The notes under the pieces: generated by a model
What the model saw: only the letters and a program-made list of their open reading frames with translations
Database searches by the model: none
Told to the model about the DNA's origin: nothing
Position numbers and translations under genes: made by a program
NCBI GenBank assembly: GCA_000092065.1
Contig: CP000581.1
From: Ostreococcus lucimarinus
Lineage: Eukaryota
Direction: 5' to 3' (one strand)
DNA: 64,000 bases
Part shown: piece after piece, positions 19,352 to 28,248 of the stretch
Numbering within the stretch: position 1 is the first letter of the stretch
How the letters are laid out: each line of letters starts with the position of its first letter

Positions 19352-20302
19352 ATGCTTGCTAGCATCACGACTACACCCCTCATCGTGAGACCGGTGCATC
19401 GCCGCGCGCGCGTCGATCGAACGCGCGTCGTCGCCAGAGACGCCTCATCGCTCGCGCCGAAGAAGGTTCACGAACGCACGCAGGAAATCGCGAGTATCGC
19501 CGCCAAACCTGCGCCGGTGCCGGTAAAGAAGCCGCTCTTCGCAGATGTGTCTCCGGTGCAAGCCTTTGGCGTGGGCGGCTTCCTCGCGGCGGCGATCATC
19601 AAGGGTCACATCGCGGCAAAATCGGGAAGCACACTGCGCAAGACTCGAGCCACGCTGCGCTACTTCGACGCACGAGGCGCGGCGGAGGTCATTCGCACGA
19701 TTTTTGCCGCGGCAAACGTCGATTACGAGGATTATAGATACACCTTCTCTATGGATGGGCCGAAGCCGCAGATCTGTGAGCAGCACGGGGTCGATAAGGA
19801 GGCGGGGATGTTCGATGCGAATCTTAAGCGTCTTCCTGTTCTCGAGGTCCAAGGCGAGATGATCGGGCAGAGCCGCGCGATTGAGCGATTTGTCGCCAAA
19901 GATTTGGGACTCATGGGCAAAGGGAAGATAGACGAGGCTAAAATCGATGCGATTTGCGAACATGTGCGAGATCTGCGGGACGCGTATCAAAAAGCACGCG
20001 GTAATCCGTTCGCGCCGCCGACGCCTGAAATTGAAGAAGCGATGGCGAAGTGGTACGATGAGACGATGAAGACGTGGATGGGCAAACTTGAATCCGTCGT
20101 CGGCGACCAATGGTGCGTCGGAAAAAAGATGTCACTCGCGGATATTGTGCTTTACGTCGCGTTAACGCAGGCCTTCTCCGATGCGGAAAAGGCGGCGGCA
20201 TCGTATGTCGACTGCCCCAAAGTGTCCGCCATAGTCGACAAGGTAGGCGAAAACGCGGGCATTCAAAAATGGTTAGAAACGCGACCGGAGAACCGATTCT
20301 AA
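19352..20302 (+). CDS. Glutathione S-transferase with organellar presequence
   Basis: Thioredoxin-like GST N-domain (RYFDARGAAEVIRTIFAAANVDYEDYR...LPVLEVQGEMIGQSRAIERFVAK) and helical C-domain; N-terminus MLASITTTPLIVRPVHRRARVDRTRVVARDASS is transit-peptide-like. Confidence 0.7.
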   Translation: MLASITTTPLIVRPVHRRARVDRTRVVARDASSLAPKKVHERTQEIASIAAKPAPVPVKKPLFADVSPVQAFGVGGFLAAAIIKGHIAAKSGSTLRKTRATLRYFDARGAAEVIRTIFAAANVDYEDYRYTFSMDGPKPQICEQHGVDKEAGMFDANLKRLPVLEVQGEMIGQSRAIERFVAKDLGLMGKGKIDEAKIDAICEHVRDLRDAYQKARGNPFAPPTPEIEEAMAKWYDETMKTWMGKLESVVGDQWCVGKKMSLADIVLYVALTQAFSDAEKAAASYVDCPKVSAIVDKVGENAGIQKWLETRPENRF

Positions 20303-20424
20303 GACGTCCAAAAGTTCTCGGAATCTTCGCGCAAAAGAGATTCATATCGAGCGAGACTTATTACTCGCCACGTGGCTGAAACGTTTGCAATTATTACAGA
20401 ACAAAGAAAGAGACGCAATCCGTG

Positions 20425-21471
20425 TTAATAATCGTCATCTAGATAGTTGCCGTCGTCGATTCCATCTCCATCGATTTCGTCGTACCCCCACGGACTCGAT
20501 GTCTTGACCGGGGGCTCGCGGGCAACATCGATGATGGCGTTGATGGCGTCGAGGCACTGAAGCCCCTCGGCGTCGTCCGCCGTCGGTCCCGGCTGCGTCG
20601 GCCCGAGCGGTACGCTCGGAGACAAGTCATGCAAAAACCAAGGATGATGGTATATCCCTGAGACAGTTATTCTATTCTTCGGATCGACGTTGAAAATTTG
20701 CGTGAGCAAATCCTTGCACTCGTCTGTCATATTCTGCGGAAGGTCGAATTTGGCCGACAACACGCGCTGCATCATCTTGTGCGAGTTGTTTGGATCTTGA
20801 GGATCCGAAAACGGATATCTACCCACTAACATGACGTACAATAAAACCCCACACGCCCACACGTCCGATGCCGCGCCATCGTACGGTTGCGCCCCGCTAT
20901 ACACCTCCGGCGAAATGTACGCCGGCGTCCCGATTTGCGTCTTTGGCTGACTGTCGAATCCCCCTTTGGAGAACCCAAAATCACAAATCTTCAGCACCGG
21001 CGTCGTCGTGAGATCCACCAGCGTGTTCTCAAGTTTCAAATCTCGGTGCGATATTCTCATATTATGCAAATACTCCACCCCCGAGATCAAGTGTTGAAAA
21101 AAATACCTCGCCTGCGACTCCGTAAAATTCCCTTGCTGCTGCACGTACCCAAACAGTTCGCCCCCCCCGATCGCCTCCATCGCCACCGCCAGGTGCGTCG
21201 GCGTCACCAGCACCTCCTTAAACTTCACGATGTTCGGATGGCTCAGGTTCCGATGATTCGTGATCTCTCGTCGCACGTGTTCGGTGATCTTTTCACCGCG
21301 TTCGATGTACTTCAGCGCGTACATTCGCCCCGTGGTTTTCTCGCGCATGAGTTTCGTGTACCCGTACGACCCGGTGCCGAGCAGGGCGTCGTTCACCGGT
21401 TCGTACCGCGCGTCGTGATCATCGACGTCGACGTCCGCGCGCGCTCGCGTCGCGGTCGCGGGCGTCGCCAT
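20425..21471 (-). CDS. SnRK2-type serine/threonine protein kinase
   Basis: GTGSYGYTKLMREKTTGRMYALKYIERGEKI...HRDLKLENTLVD...LKICDFGFSKGGFDSQPKTQIGTPAYISPEV closely matches the SnRK2/OST1 family. Start at MATPATATRA; the upstream 198 codons of ORF 20425..22065 are Arg/Ser-rich and span the (CGAT)n microsatellite. Confidence 0.8.
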   Translation of the reverse strand: MATPATATRARADVDVDDHDARYEPVNDALLGTGSYGYTKLMREKTTGRMYALKYIERGEKITEHVRREITNHRNLSHPNIVKFKEVLVTPTHLAVAMEAIGGGELFGYVQQQGNFTESQARYFFQHLISGVEYLHNMRISHRDLKLENTLVDLTTTPVLKICDFGFSKGGFDSQPKTQIGTPAYISPEVYSGAQPYDGAASDVWACGVLLYVMLVGRYPFSDPQDPNNSHKMMQRVLSAKFDLPQNMTDECKDLLTQIFNVDPKNRITVSGIYHHPWFLHDLSPSVPLGPTQPGPTADDAEGLQCLDAINAIIDVAREPPVKTSSPWGYDEIDGDGIDDGNYLDDDY

Positions 21472-21538
21472 GCCGTCGCGCCGTCGCGACGCCGTCGTCG
21501 CGGTCTGCGCCCCGGGCGCGCGCGACGCCGCCGACGCC

Positions 21539-21572
21539 GCCGATCGATCGATCGATCGATCGATCGATCGTG
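21539..21572. repeat. (CGAT)n tetranucleotide microsatellite, about 8 units
   Basis: CGATCGATCGATCGATCGATCGATCGATCG read directly; lies about 70 nt upstream of the SnRK2 ATG in a divergent intergenic region. Confidence 0.9.
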
Positions 21573-21815
21573 GACGACGGTTCGCGATCGGGACGCGAAT
21601 CGACGCGCGCGATATCGACGCGTGTGACGGCGCGCGCGCGCGCGGTGACGGCCAGTGCGCGACGCGCGCGCGAGCGGAGCGTCGAAGACGACGCGCGCGC
21701 GCGTCTGAATCGTCGCGGCGGCGCGCGGTCGAGACGCGGGACGACGGGACGAGGGGAAGGGATACGGCGCGACGCGTCTCGCGGCGACGTCTCGAGCGCG
21801 GGACGAAGGCGCGGG

Positions 21816-23642
21816 ATGGAGGACGACGCGGAGTGCGAAACGGAATCGACGAACGCGACGAGCGCGAAGGATGCGACGACGTTGGGCGAAGTTGGAGCGG
21901 TGCCGCCGTTACCGTCGGAACCGCGACCGAGGGGAAGAGGAGAGCGGGGCGGGGGCGGGGACGGCGCGCGAAGCGTTCCCGGCTGGCTTCACGCGGCGGA
22001 GGTTGGAGGGAAGATTCAGCGCGAGCGCGGGATGAGGAGCGCGAACAATATCGAGGGATTGCCACTCGATGAATTTACGAGGGATATGACGAGTCTGGGA
22101 CAGTGGGCGCGCGTGGGAAACGGGGGTAAGAGGGCGATGGGTGACGCGCTTCGAGCGACGTCGTTTGCGTCGCTCGAGTCGGCGGTCGTGCGAGAGACCT
22201 GGCCGCGAGGGATGATGGATGCGTACCTCGACGCGCAATTTCTCAGAAGTGTCGAGCAAGGAAAGATGGTGCAATGCTTCACTGAATCTGGAGACGCGGC
22301 GTGGGCGACGTTTCACACGAATTTACTGTCGTACGACGAGTTCCCTCTCTTCGCGATGTTTGGCCGAGAATTTACACGAATCGACAAGTCCCAAGCCGTT
22401 AACGGAGGGAAATGGGAGCTGGTGGGGTTCGTCGATGATGTCACCTTGCGCGACCCATCGCAGCCGTGGAACGCGATCGAGCCAATCTTGCACGTGCCAC
22501 CGCGACCGACGTTTGTGGAGGATCCGTGCGATTGTCTCTGGATCGCCGATGAAACCGGCGACGACGTCGTCCTTGAAATCGACGCGCGTTTTTGGGAATC
22601 TCTCGAGTCAGATGCCGTTGTCGCTCTTCTGAAGGAATTTTCAACGTTGACTGCGCGTCATCACGCCGGGATGAGTGCGATTTCGCGATTGGCGCGCTTG
22701 GTGTCGTACGGCTTCCACGCTCCGGTGCCGAGATTCGCGCGCTTGCAAGGCGCTCGCGGTCCTGGGAAGGTACAAATGCTGCTCCCATTCAAAGCGGATT
22801 CGAAATCCATGCAAACGCGCGCCGCGGTGGTGGTAGATATAATCAAAAGTCGCCGCGGTGGGAGGATGTATCGGGCCGTCGGTGTCGTATCGCTTCGAGA
22901 GGCAGTGTTTACCGCGCGCGTCATCGGACCGCTGACGACGTCCGATTGGTTAAACGCAGACGCCATCGAACGCTCGCCCTCGATTTCGGTTTCGCCTCCG
23001 GAGAGCGAGAACGCCTGGGATGAACGGAAAGACGACTATCCTACTAAAGTCGCGTACGCGACGATGGCGACGAAAGCGCCGGCCCAACCAGCTGACGGAA
23101 TTCAAATTGCGTCTCCAACGCAACCCGTCGGCAAAATCCAAATTCAAAAAACGTCAAAGCCTTCGTCGGCTTCAAACGGAACAACGCCAGCGATGCCGAC
23201 GCGCATGAAAATTGATGACTGGTACAAGGCCACGATCGCCGATGATGGTCCGCCGAAAATTGTGAACCCAAAGGTGAACTTGAAAATGTTGCCGTTTGAA
23301 TTCATGCAAGCTGTTTGCAAAAAGCTTCACCTCGATGATTCGATTCTTCGGTTGTCAGACGCTCCGTCGGAGAGCGAATATCGCTTGACTCAAGCGTTAT
23401 CAACCGAAGCGAGTGGATGGGTGAGATCGATCATGTCTTCCTACGGCATAATCGATCGCGTGTACGTCGGGGTCAGTCGACGGGTGCGGTGTTTCTTCGC
23501 CGTCGTGTCATTTGAGAAGTGGACGGATCTCGAAGTCCGCAACGCGCTGGTTTCAGGCGAGACGATTCAAGTCGCTGGTTTCAGATGTCGAGAGAAGGTG
23601 TACATGCGACTGTCTCTTCAAGACAAGCGTAGTGCATTGTGA
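21816..23642 (+). CDS. Hypothetical protein (no recognisable domain); start uncertain
   Basis: Long ORF 21570..23642 with coding-like composition after about aa 150 (MRSANNIEGLPLDEF...); the N-terminal third is R/G-rich. Candidate starts at 21816 (MEDDAEC) or 22032 (MRSANN). Confidence 0.3.
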   Translation: MEDDAECETESTNATSAKDATTLGEVGAVPPLPSEPRPRGRGERGGGGDGARSVPGWLHAAEVGGKIQRERGMRSANNIEGLPLDEFTRDMTSLGQWARVGNGGKRAMGDALRATSFASLESAVVRETWPRGMMDAYLDAQFLRSVEQGKMVQCFTESGDAAWATFHTNLLSYDEFPLFAMFGREFTRIDKSQAVNGGKWELVGFVDDVTLRDPSQPWNAIEPILHVPPRPTFVEDPCDCLWIADETGDDVVLEIDARFWESLESDAVVALLKEFSTLTARHHAGMSAISRLARLVSYGFHAPVPRFARLQGARGPGKVQMLLPFKADSKSMQTRAAVVVDIIKSRRGGRMYRAVGVVSLREAVFTARVIGPLTTSDWLNADAIERSPSISVSPPESENAWDERKDDYPTKVAYATMATKAPAQPADGIQIASPTQPVGKIQIQKTSKPSSASNGTTPAMPTRMKIDDWYKATIADDGPPKIVNPKVNLKMLPFEFMQAVCKKLHLDDSILRLSDAPSESEYRLTQALSTEASGWVRSIMSSYGIIDRVYVGVSRRVRCFFAVVSFEKWTDLEVRNALVSGETIQVAGFRCREKVYMRLSLQDKRSAL

Positions 23643-23701
23643 CGTGAACGTGCAATTGTGTCCTTTTTGTTACAAATACCGATGCATTCTTTCAGAATCT
23701 T

Positions 23702-24631
23702 TCACTCCTTCTGAAACCGATCGCGATTTTCGCCGAGTACGAATCGACCAAACATTTTGCGCAACGCCACATCCGGCGTTAAAATCTTGATCGCGATCGT
23801 CTTATTCACCGAATCTGGAGAAACCGTCGCCACTTTCAGTTTATCCACGATCTGCTCCGCCGCTACCTCGGCCGGCTCGGCGAGCGCGTTGACAAACATT
23901 CTTCCTTGACTGCCAAACGCGTCGCGCCCACTCGAAATCAATTCGGTGAAAACCATTCCGGGGCTAATCGTGTGCACGCCGATGGGCACATCCTTGAGCT
24001 CCACCGCCATCGTTTTCGCCAGCTGCGACATCCCAGCCTTGGTGTGCCCATACGCTGCAAACTTACGCGTCGCCGCGCCGTCGCTCCCCGCGCCCTCCAT
24101 GTTGAACACGTGCCCGCGTCCCGTCGTCGCCTTCATCGTCTTTATCGCCTGCCTCGTGCACAACAACGACCCGAGCGAGTTGGTCAAAATAATTTCTTCC
24201 AGCACCTCCGGCGTCGCGTCTTCCAAATTATCGTACGAGTACCCGTTACTCGCGGCGTTATTCACCCACACGTCCACGCCGCCGAAGGCTTCGCAGCACG
24301 CCGCCGCCATCGCCTCGACGCTCTCCGCTCTGCGCACGTCCGCCGCCACGCCCGCGACGCGCGCGTCACCATACTCTCGACGAAGTCCCTCGACCACCTC
24401 GCGCACTTTATCGTCGTCCCGCGACGTCACGAACACCGCGTCCCCGCGCTTGAGAAAGCTCTTCGCCAACTCGTATCCCAAGCCTCGCGTGCTCCCCGTG
24501 ATCAGCACGCGCTGCGCCTCGGACGCGCGCGCGGCGCCGTCGGCGCGAACGATCGCGCGCGCGCGTCCGCGCGGCGCCCGGACGGCCCGCGGCGTCGCGG
24601 CCGACGGGCGACGCGCGAACGCCCGCGTCAT
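23702..24631 (-). CDS. NOL: Chlorophyll(ide) b reductase NOL-like short-chain dehydrogenase, plastid presequence
   Basis: VLITGSTRGLGYELAKSFLKRGDAVFVTSRDDDKV matches the NOL/NYC1 motif ITGSTRGLGKALAREFL; catalytic Y...K region (AYGHTKAG); N-terminus MTRAFARRPSAATPRAVRAPRGRARAIVRA is cTP-like. Confidence 0.65.
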   Translation of the reverse strand: MTRAFARRPSAATPRAVRAPRGRARAIVRADGAARASEAQRVLITGSTRGLGYELAKSFLKRGDAVFVTSRDDDKVREVVEGLRREYGDARVAGVAADVRRAESVEAMAAACCEAFGGVDVWVNNAASNGYSYDNLEDATPEVLEEIILTNSLGSLLCTRQAIKTMKATTGRGHVFNMEGAGSDGAATRKFAAYGHTKAGMSQLAKTMAVELKDVPIGVHTISPGMVFTELISSGRDAFGSQGRMFVNALAEPAEVAAEQIVDKLKVATVSPDSVNKTIAIKILTPDVALRKMFGRFVLGENRDRFQKE

Positions 24632-24666
24632 CGTGTGTCGTGCGTCACCGGTGCAGTTCGCGACGC

Positions 24667-25464
24667 ATGGCGTCGACGCGCTTCGCCTTGGACGTTCCCG
24701 CGCGCTGCGCGAGCGCCGGAACGCTCGCGCCCGATGTACCCCTGTGCCTGGTGTTCGGTTGGGTGAACGCGCGCGACGCGCACGTCAAGAAATACACCGA
24801 CGTGTTGACGCGCGAGCTCGAGTGTTGCGCGACGGTTCGAGCGACGATGCCGACCGCGCGCGCGTTCAGCCCGTTCGAGCGGTCGAGGGTGGCGTACGTG
24901 ACGGAGGCGCTGACGTTCGCGCGTCGCGCGTACGGCGGACAGACGCCGAGGAAGGTGTACCTGTTTTGCTTCTCCAACGGTGGATGCTGGGTCCAAGCCA
25001 CGCTCGCGCGAGCGCGCGCCGAGGGAACCATCGCGCGCGAGTTGATGTTTGATTTCGAGGGCGTGATATTTGATTCGTGTCCAGCGTTCATGTCGATGAA
25101 ATCGGGCGGCGACGCGCTGACGGCGGTGATGCGGCAACCGCTCGCGCTCGTCGTGCGATTGACATTCTACGCGCTGGTTTTAGTGCTCGCGACTGTGCAT
25201 CTATGCACGGGGACGTACGATCAAATGTTGACGAGGAAGTTTTGGACGACGATGCTGAACATGCCGAACGAAAAGAAGGAGTTGTATATTTATTCCCTAA
25301 GTGATACGTTGACGGATCCGCAGAAGCTCGAGGCGTTAATCGCTCATCGAGCGAAAAACTCGGCAAACGTCAAGGTGCTCTGTTTCGAGCAGTCGCCGCA
25401 CTGCGCGCATTTGAGAAAGCATCCGGACGAGTACGTCAAGGCGTTGCGCGAATTCATCGTGTAG
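24667..25464 (+). CDS. DUF829/TMEM53-family alpha/beta-hydrolase-fold protein
   Basis: PLCLVFGWVNARDAHVKKYTDVL...VYLFCFSNGG matches the DUF829 (TMEM53) N-terminal signature PLVVLLGW.....KYA. Start at MASTRFAL, inside the CTG-started ORF 24640..25464. Confidence 0.5.
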   Translation: MASTRFALDVPARCASAGTLAPDVPLCLVFGWVNARDAHVKKYTDVLTRELECCATVRATMPTARAFSPFERSRVAYVTEALTFARRAYGGQTPRKVYLFCFSNGGCWVQATLARARAEGTIARELMFDFEGVIFDSCPAFMSMKSGGDALTAVMRQPLALVVRLTFYALVLVLATVHLCTGTYDQMLTRKFWTTMLNMPNEKKELYIYSLSDTLTDPQKLEALIAHRAKNSANVKVLCFEQSPHCAHLRKHPDEYVKALREFIV

Positions 25465-25506
25465 TCAGTTTTAGCAGCATCTCATTGTATTCTATTCTAT
25501 AGTGGT

Positions 25507-26493
25507 CTATTGATCGTTGCGCTTCTGCTTCTTTTTGGCTAAAAAGGACTCCCATCTGTTGTGATTCAGCTCGGAAAAATCATCTAGACTGGCGATTTCT
25601 TCTAGATACTCGCTCAATCGTAACAGTTCGCGGTCGGTCGCCCGACTCGTGTGCGCGTTTCTGAATGGTCTAATTTTCAGTCCAAGCTGTGGGTTCATGA
25701 TGAAGTTGCGAGACAAATCGTCAAACATGAGGGTTGTTTTAGAGTCATACTCGCACCAATCCTGCGCGAACAAGTACCCGAGTGGCTTGCAATTGAACAC
25801 GCCGTACTTGGCCGTCTCCACGGTAATCATCGCCGACGAATCAATCAAACCAACAATTTTGTAATCATTGTGAGTCAACACTCCAAGCTCGGTCATCTTT
25901 AACTCGATCCACTTCAAAGACGTCGCTGACCAAATGAATATGTCAAAGTTCGCCGCGTACGCTCGCGATAAAAATTCGTGGAGGAAAGGTCGCATAATCT
26001 CGCTCGGATTCTCCGCCGTCGTCCGATGATCAAACAGCGTGTAATCGATATCTAACACCAGACACTTCGCCCCCGGACGTGGGTCGGAAAGTTTCTTCGG
26101 AAACTTGCAATCCCGCACGCGCCGTTCGAGCTTCGCGATGAACTCGGGATTCGCCATCGCCGCCGTCGTCGTCCGCGCATCCAGCTCAAAATCATCCTCG
26201 ACCTCGGGCGCCATCGACGACGCCAACGCCTCCGCCGTGGCGTGCGCTTCGATCTGCGATTCGCGTTTTCCCATCATCATCACCTGCTTCGGGAACTTGC
26301 CGATCTCGGACAGCGCGTCGTCATCCATCGCCGGTTTCGCGCCGATTCGCAGGTTGAGAAGTTTGATGCGCGCCGCGCGCACTTGCGTCGTCGTTTCGAT
26401 CGATCGTTTCAGGTCGGCGACCGTGGCGTCGTCGTCGACGTCGATGTCGAACGTCGGCGGCGTTCCGCCGGACCAGCGCACGGAGACGCGCAT
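25507..26493 (-). CDS. UBLCP1: Ubiquitin-like domain-containing CTD phosphatase (UBLCP1-like)
   Basis: N-terminal ubiquitin-like fold MRVSVRWSGGTPPTFDIDVDDDATVADLKRSIE...KQVMMMGKRE, then FCP1/NIF phosphatase domain with DxDx(T/V) catalytic motif in KCLVLDIDYTLFDH. ORF codons 1-142 upstream are read-through. Confidence 0.75.
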   Translation of the reverse strand: MRVSVRWSGGTPPTFDIDVDDDATVADLKRSIETTTQVRAARIKLLNLRIGAKPAMDDDALSEIGKFPKQVMMMGKRESQIEAHATAEALASSMAPEVEDDFELDARTTTAAMANPEFIAKLERRVRDCKFPKKLSDPRPGAKCLVLDIDYTLFDHRTTAENPSEIMRPFLHEFLSRAYAANFDIFIWSATSLKWIELKMTELGVLTHNDYKIVGLIDSSAMITVETAKYGVFNCKPLGYLFAQDWCEYDSKTTLMFDDLSRNFIMNPQLGLKIRPFRNAHTSRATDRELLRLSEYLEEIASLDDFSELNHNRWESFLAKKKQKRNDQ

Positions 26494-26635
26494 CGTCGTC
26501 GGCGGGTTGTGTGGACAGTTGGAGCGGCGCGCGGCACGGCGGAGCGGTCGCGGATTCGAACTACGGTGTCTAGTGATGATTTCAAAGTCGTCAAGGGCTA
26601 CGGAAAATGCACACGCGGCATCTTTGAGCTTTCGC

Positions 26636-27364
26636 TTAAATATCGGCGTCCGCGATCGCGTCTTCGCCGCGGGTTTCCTGTTCTTTGTCGAGCGCGCGAG
26701 CGGCGGCTCGACGAGCGCGCACCTGCTCGGGCGATTCGCCCACCTCACCGCGCTTGCGCGTTCTCTGCGGCCGCTCGGCGACGATAAACTTTTCTCCTTC
26801 GCGTGACCGTTCTTCGTATCCCGCCCACGACGCGAAGTGATGCATGACGATGGACGCCGCGACGGACACGTTGAGAGACGCCGTCCCGGGTCCGTATTGC
26901 GGTATGTACACGAAACCATCGCAAATCGCCTTCTGTGCCTCCGTCATCCCGTGTCCTTCGTTACCCATGATGAACGCCGTGTTCCCCGTGAACGGATGGC
27001 TCTCGATCGCCCGCGCGTCGTCCACTATCTCCACCCCTAAGATTTGCGTGCACCCTCGCTCGCCCTTCAACTTTTCCCTCGCCTCCTCGAGCGAGTCAAA
27101 GTGTTCAAAGTGCACGTGCCCGTCCGCCCCGTGCGAACCGAACGTGTTGAACTGTCTCGACCCGATCAACACGAGCGATTTCACGCCGAACGCGGTGCAG
27201 CACCGCGCCATGGTTCCGATGTTGTGCTTCTTCGCCACGTTGTGCGCGAGAAAGTACATCTCCGCGCGCTCGCTCGCGCGTCGCGTCGTCGCGTCGTCCG
27301 TCGTCATCGCGCCGTTCGTCGTCGTCGCCATCGCGCGCGCGCGCTCGTCTGGGCGGTGATCCAT
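26636..27364 (-). CDS. SpoU/TrmH-family RNA 2'-O-methyltransferase
   Basis: YFLAHNVAKKHNIGTMARCCTAFGVKSLVLIG...NTAFIMGNEGHGMTEAQKAICDGFVYIPQYGPGTASLNVSVAASIVMHHF matches the SPOUT knot motifs of TrmH-like methyltransferases. Confidence 0.65.
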   Translation of the reverse strand: MDHRPDERARAMATTTNGAMTTDDATTRRASERAEMYFLAHNVAKKHNIGTMARCCTAFGVKSLVLIGSRQFNTFGSHGADGHVHFEHFDSLEEAREKLKGERGCTQILGVEIVDDARAIESHPFTGNTAFIMGNEGHGMTEAQKAICDGFVYIPQYGPGTASLNVSVAASIVMHHFASWAGYEERSREGEKFIVAERPQRTRKRGEVGESPEQVRARRAAARALDKEQETRGEDAIADADI

Positions 27365-27491
27365 CGGCGCGTCGGCGTGTGCGCGCGGCGCCGCCGACGC
27401 GACACACCTCAGCGAGCGCGGTCGCGACGACGACGACGCGCGACGCGAGCGCGGGTCGAGGGCCCGAGTCGCGGGCGAAAATGCGGTTTCA

Positions 27492-28163
27492 GTGCTCGAG
27501 CGGCGGGGCGTGCGCGGTCGGCGCGGTGAGGTGCGCGGTCGATGGTCATCGTTCGCGACGATTCGCGTCGTCTTCGTTGACTCGACGGTTGGTGCGAAGC
27601 GATCGATTGACCGACGTCTGAACCGCGTGCGCAGGGAAGCCGAGCGTCAGTGGAACGCCGAGCGGGGAAAATTGCGCAAGGAGATGGAGTGCCACCGCGC
27701 GAGCGCGTTGAAGGCGAAACGAGAGCTCGACATGGTGAAAAGGTTGAGAGACGCGGAGCGGGACGAGTTGCGCGCGACGCGCGCGGCGTTGATGGAGATG
27801 AATCGAGACGCGAAGGGAGATGAAGTGAATCGAGTGAAAGAGATGACAGGATTTGAAAATACGATTCGCCATGAGCGCGCGCGGCGAGAGGCGGCAGAAT
27901 CGGAGAGGGATGAGTTGATGGATTTGCTGCATATGGCGCACGCAAAATTGGAGCACGCCGACGCAAAGATTCGCAGTGTCGATCGCATGATTGCGAACGA
28001 CGTGCGGCGAGTATGCGACGCGATCAATGACGAACGCATGCGTTCTATTGACTGCACTGTTTCCAACGTTGGCACGACGCAAACATTACTCGATCGTTTG
28101 TCAGAGTTGTATGAGTCTCGGTTTGCGAAGTCTCGCGAGGCGTTGCGAGAAATTTCAAGCTGA
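27492..28163 (+). CDS. Hypothetical coiled-coil protein; start uncertain
   Basis: E/R/K/L-rich heptad-like sequence (ELDMVKRLRDAERDELRATRAALMEMNRDAKGDEV...); no domain recognised; the first about 40 codons are Arg/Gly-rich. Confidence 0.3.
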   Translation: MLERRGVRGRRGEVRGRWSSFATIRVVFVDSTVGAKRSIDRRLNRVRREAERQWNAERGKLRKEMECHRASALKAKRELDMVKRLRDAERDELRATRAALMEMNRDAKGDEVNRVKEMTGFENTIRHERARREAAESERDELMDLLHMAHAKLEHADAKIRSVDRMIANDVRRVCDAINDERMRSIDCTVSNVGTTQTLLDRLSELYESRFAKSREALREISS

Positions 28164-28248
28164 GCGCACCATCATTGGATAGGATTGTATTTACAAATAT
28201 GCCGCAACACGGTGGTATTATCGATGGTGAGTCACCCAAGTTTAAGTC

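Noticed and set aside
21570-22040. Using the first ATG (21570) of the 690-aa ORF as gene start
   Set aside because: It overlaps the (CGAT)n repeat and the SnRK2 5' end, and encodes 150 aa of R/G-rich filler; a downstream start or an unrecognised upstream exon is more likely.
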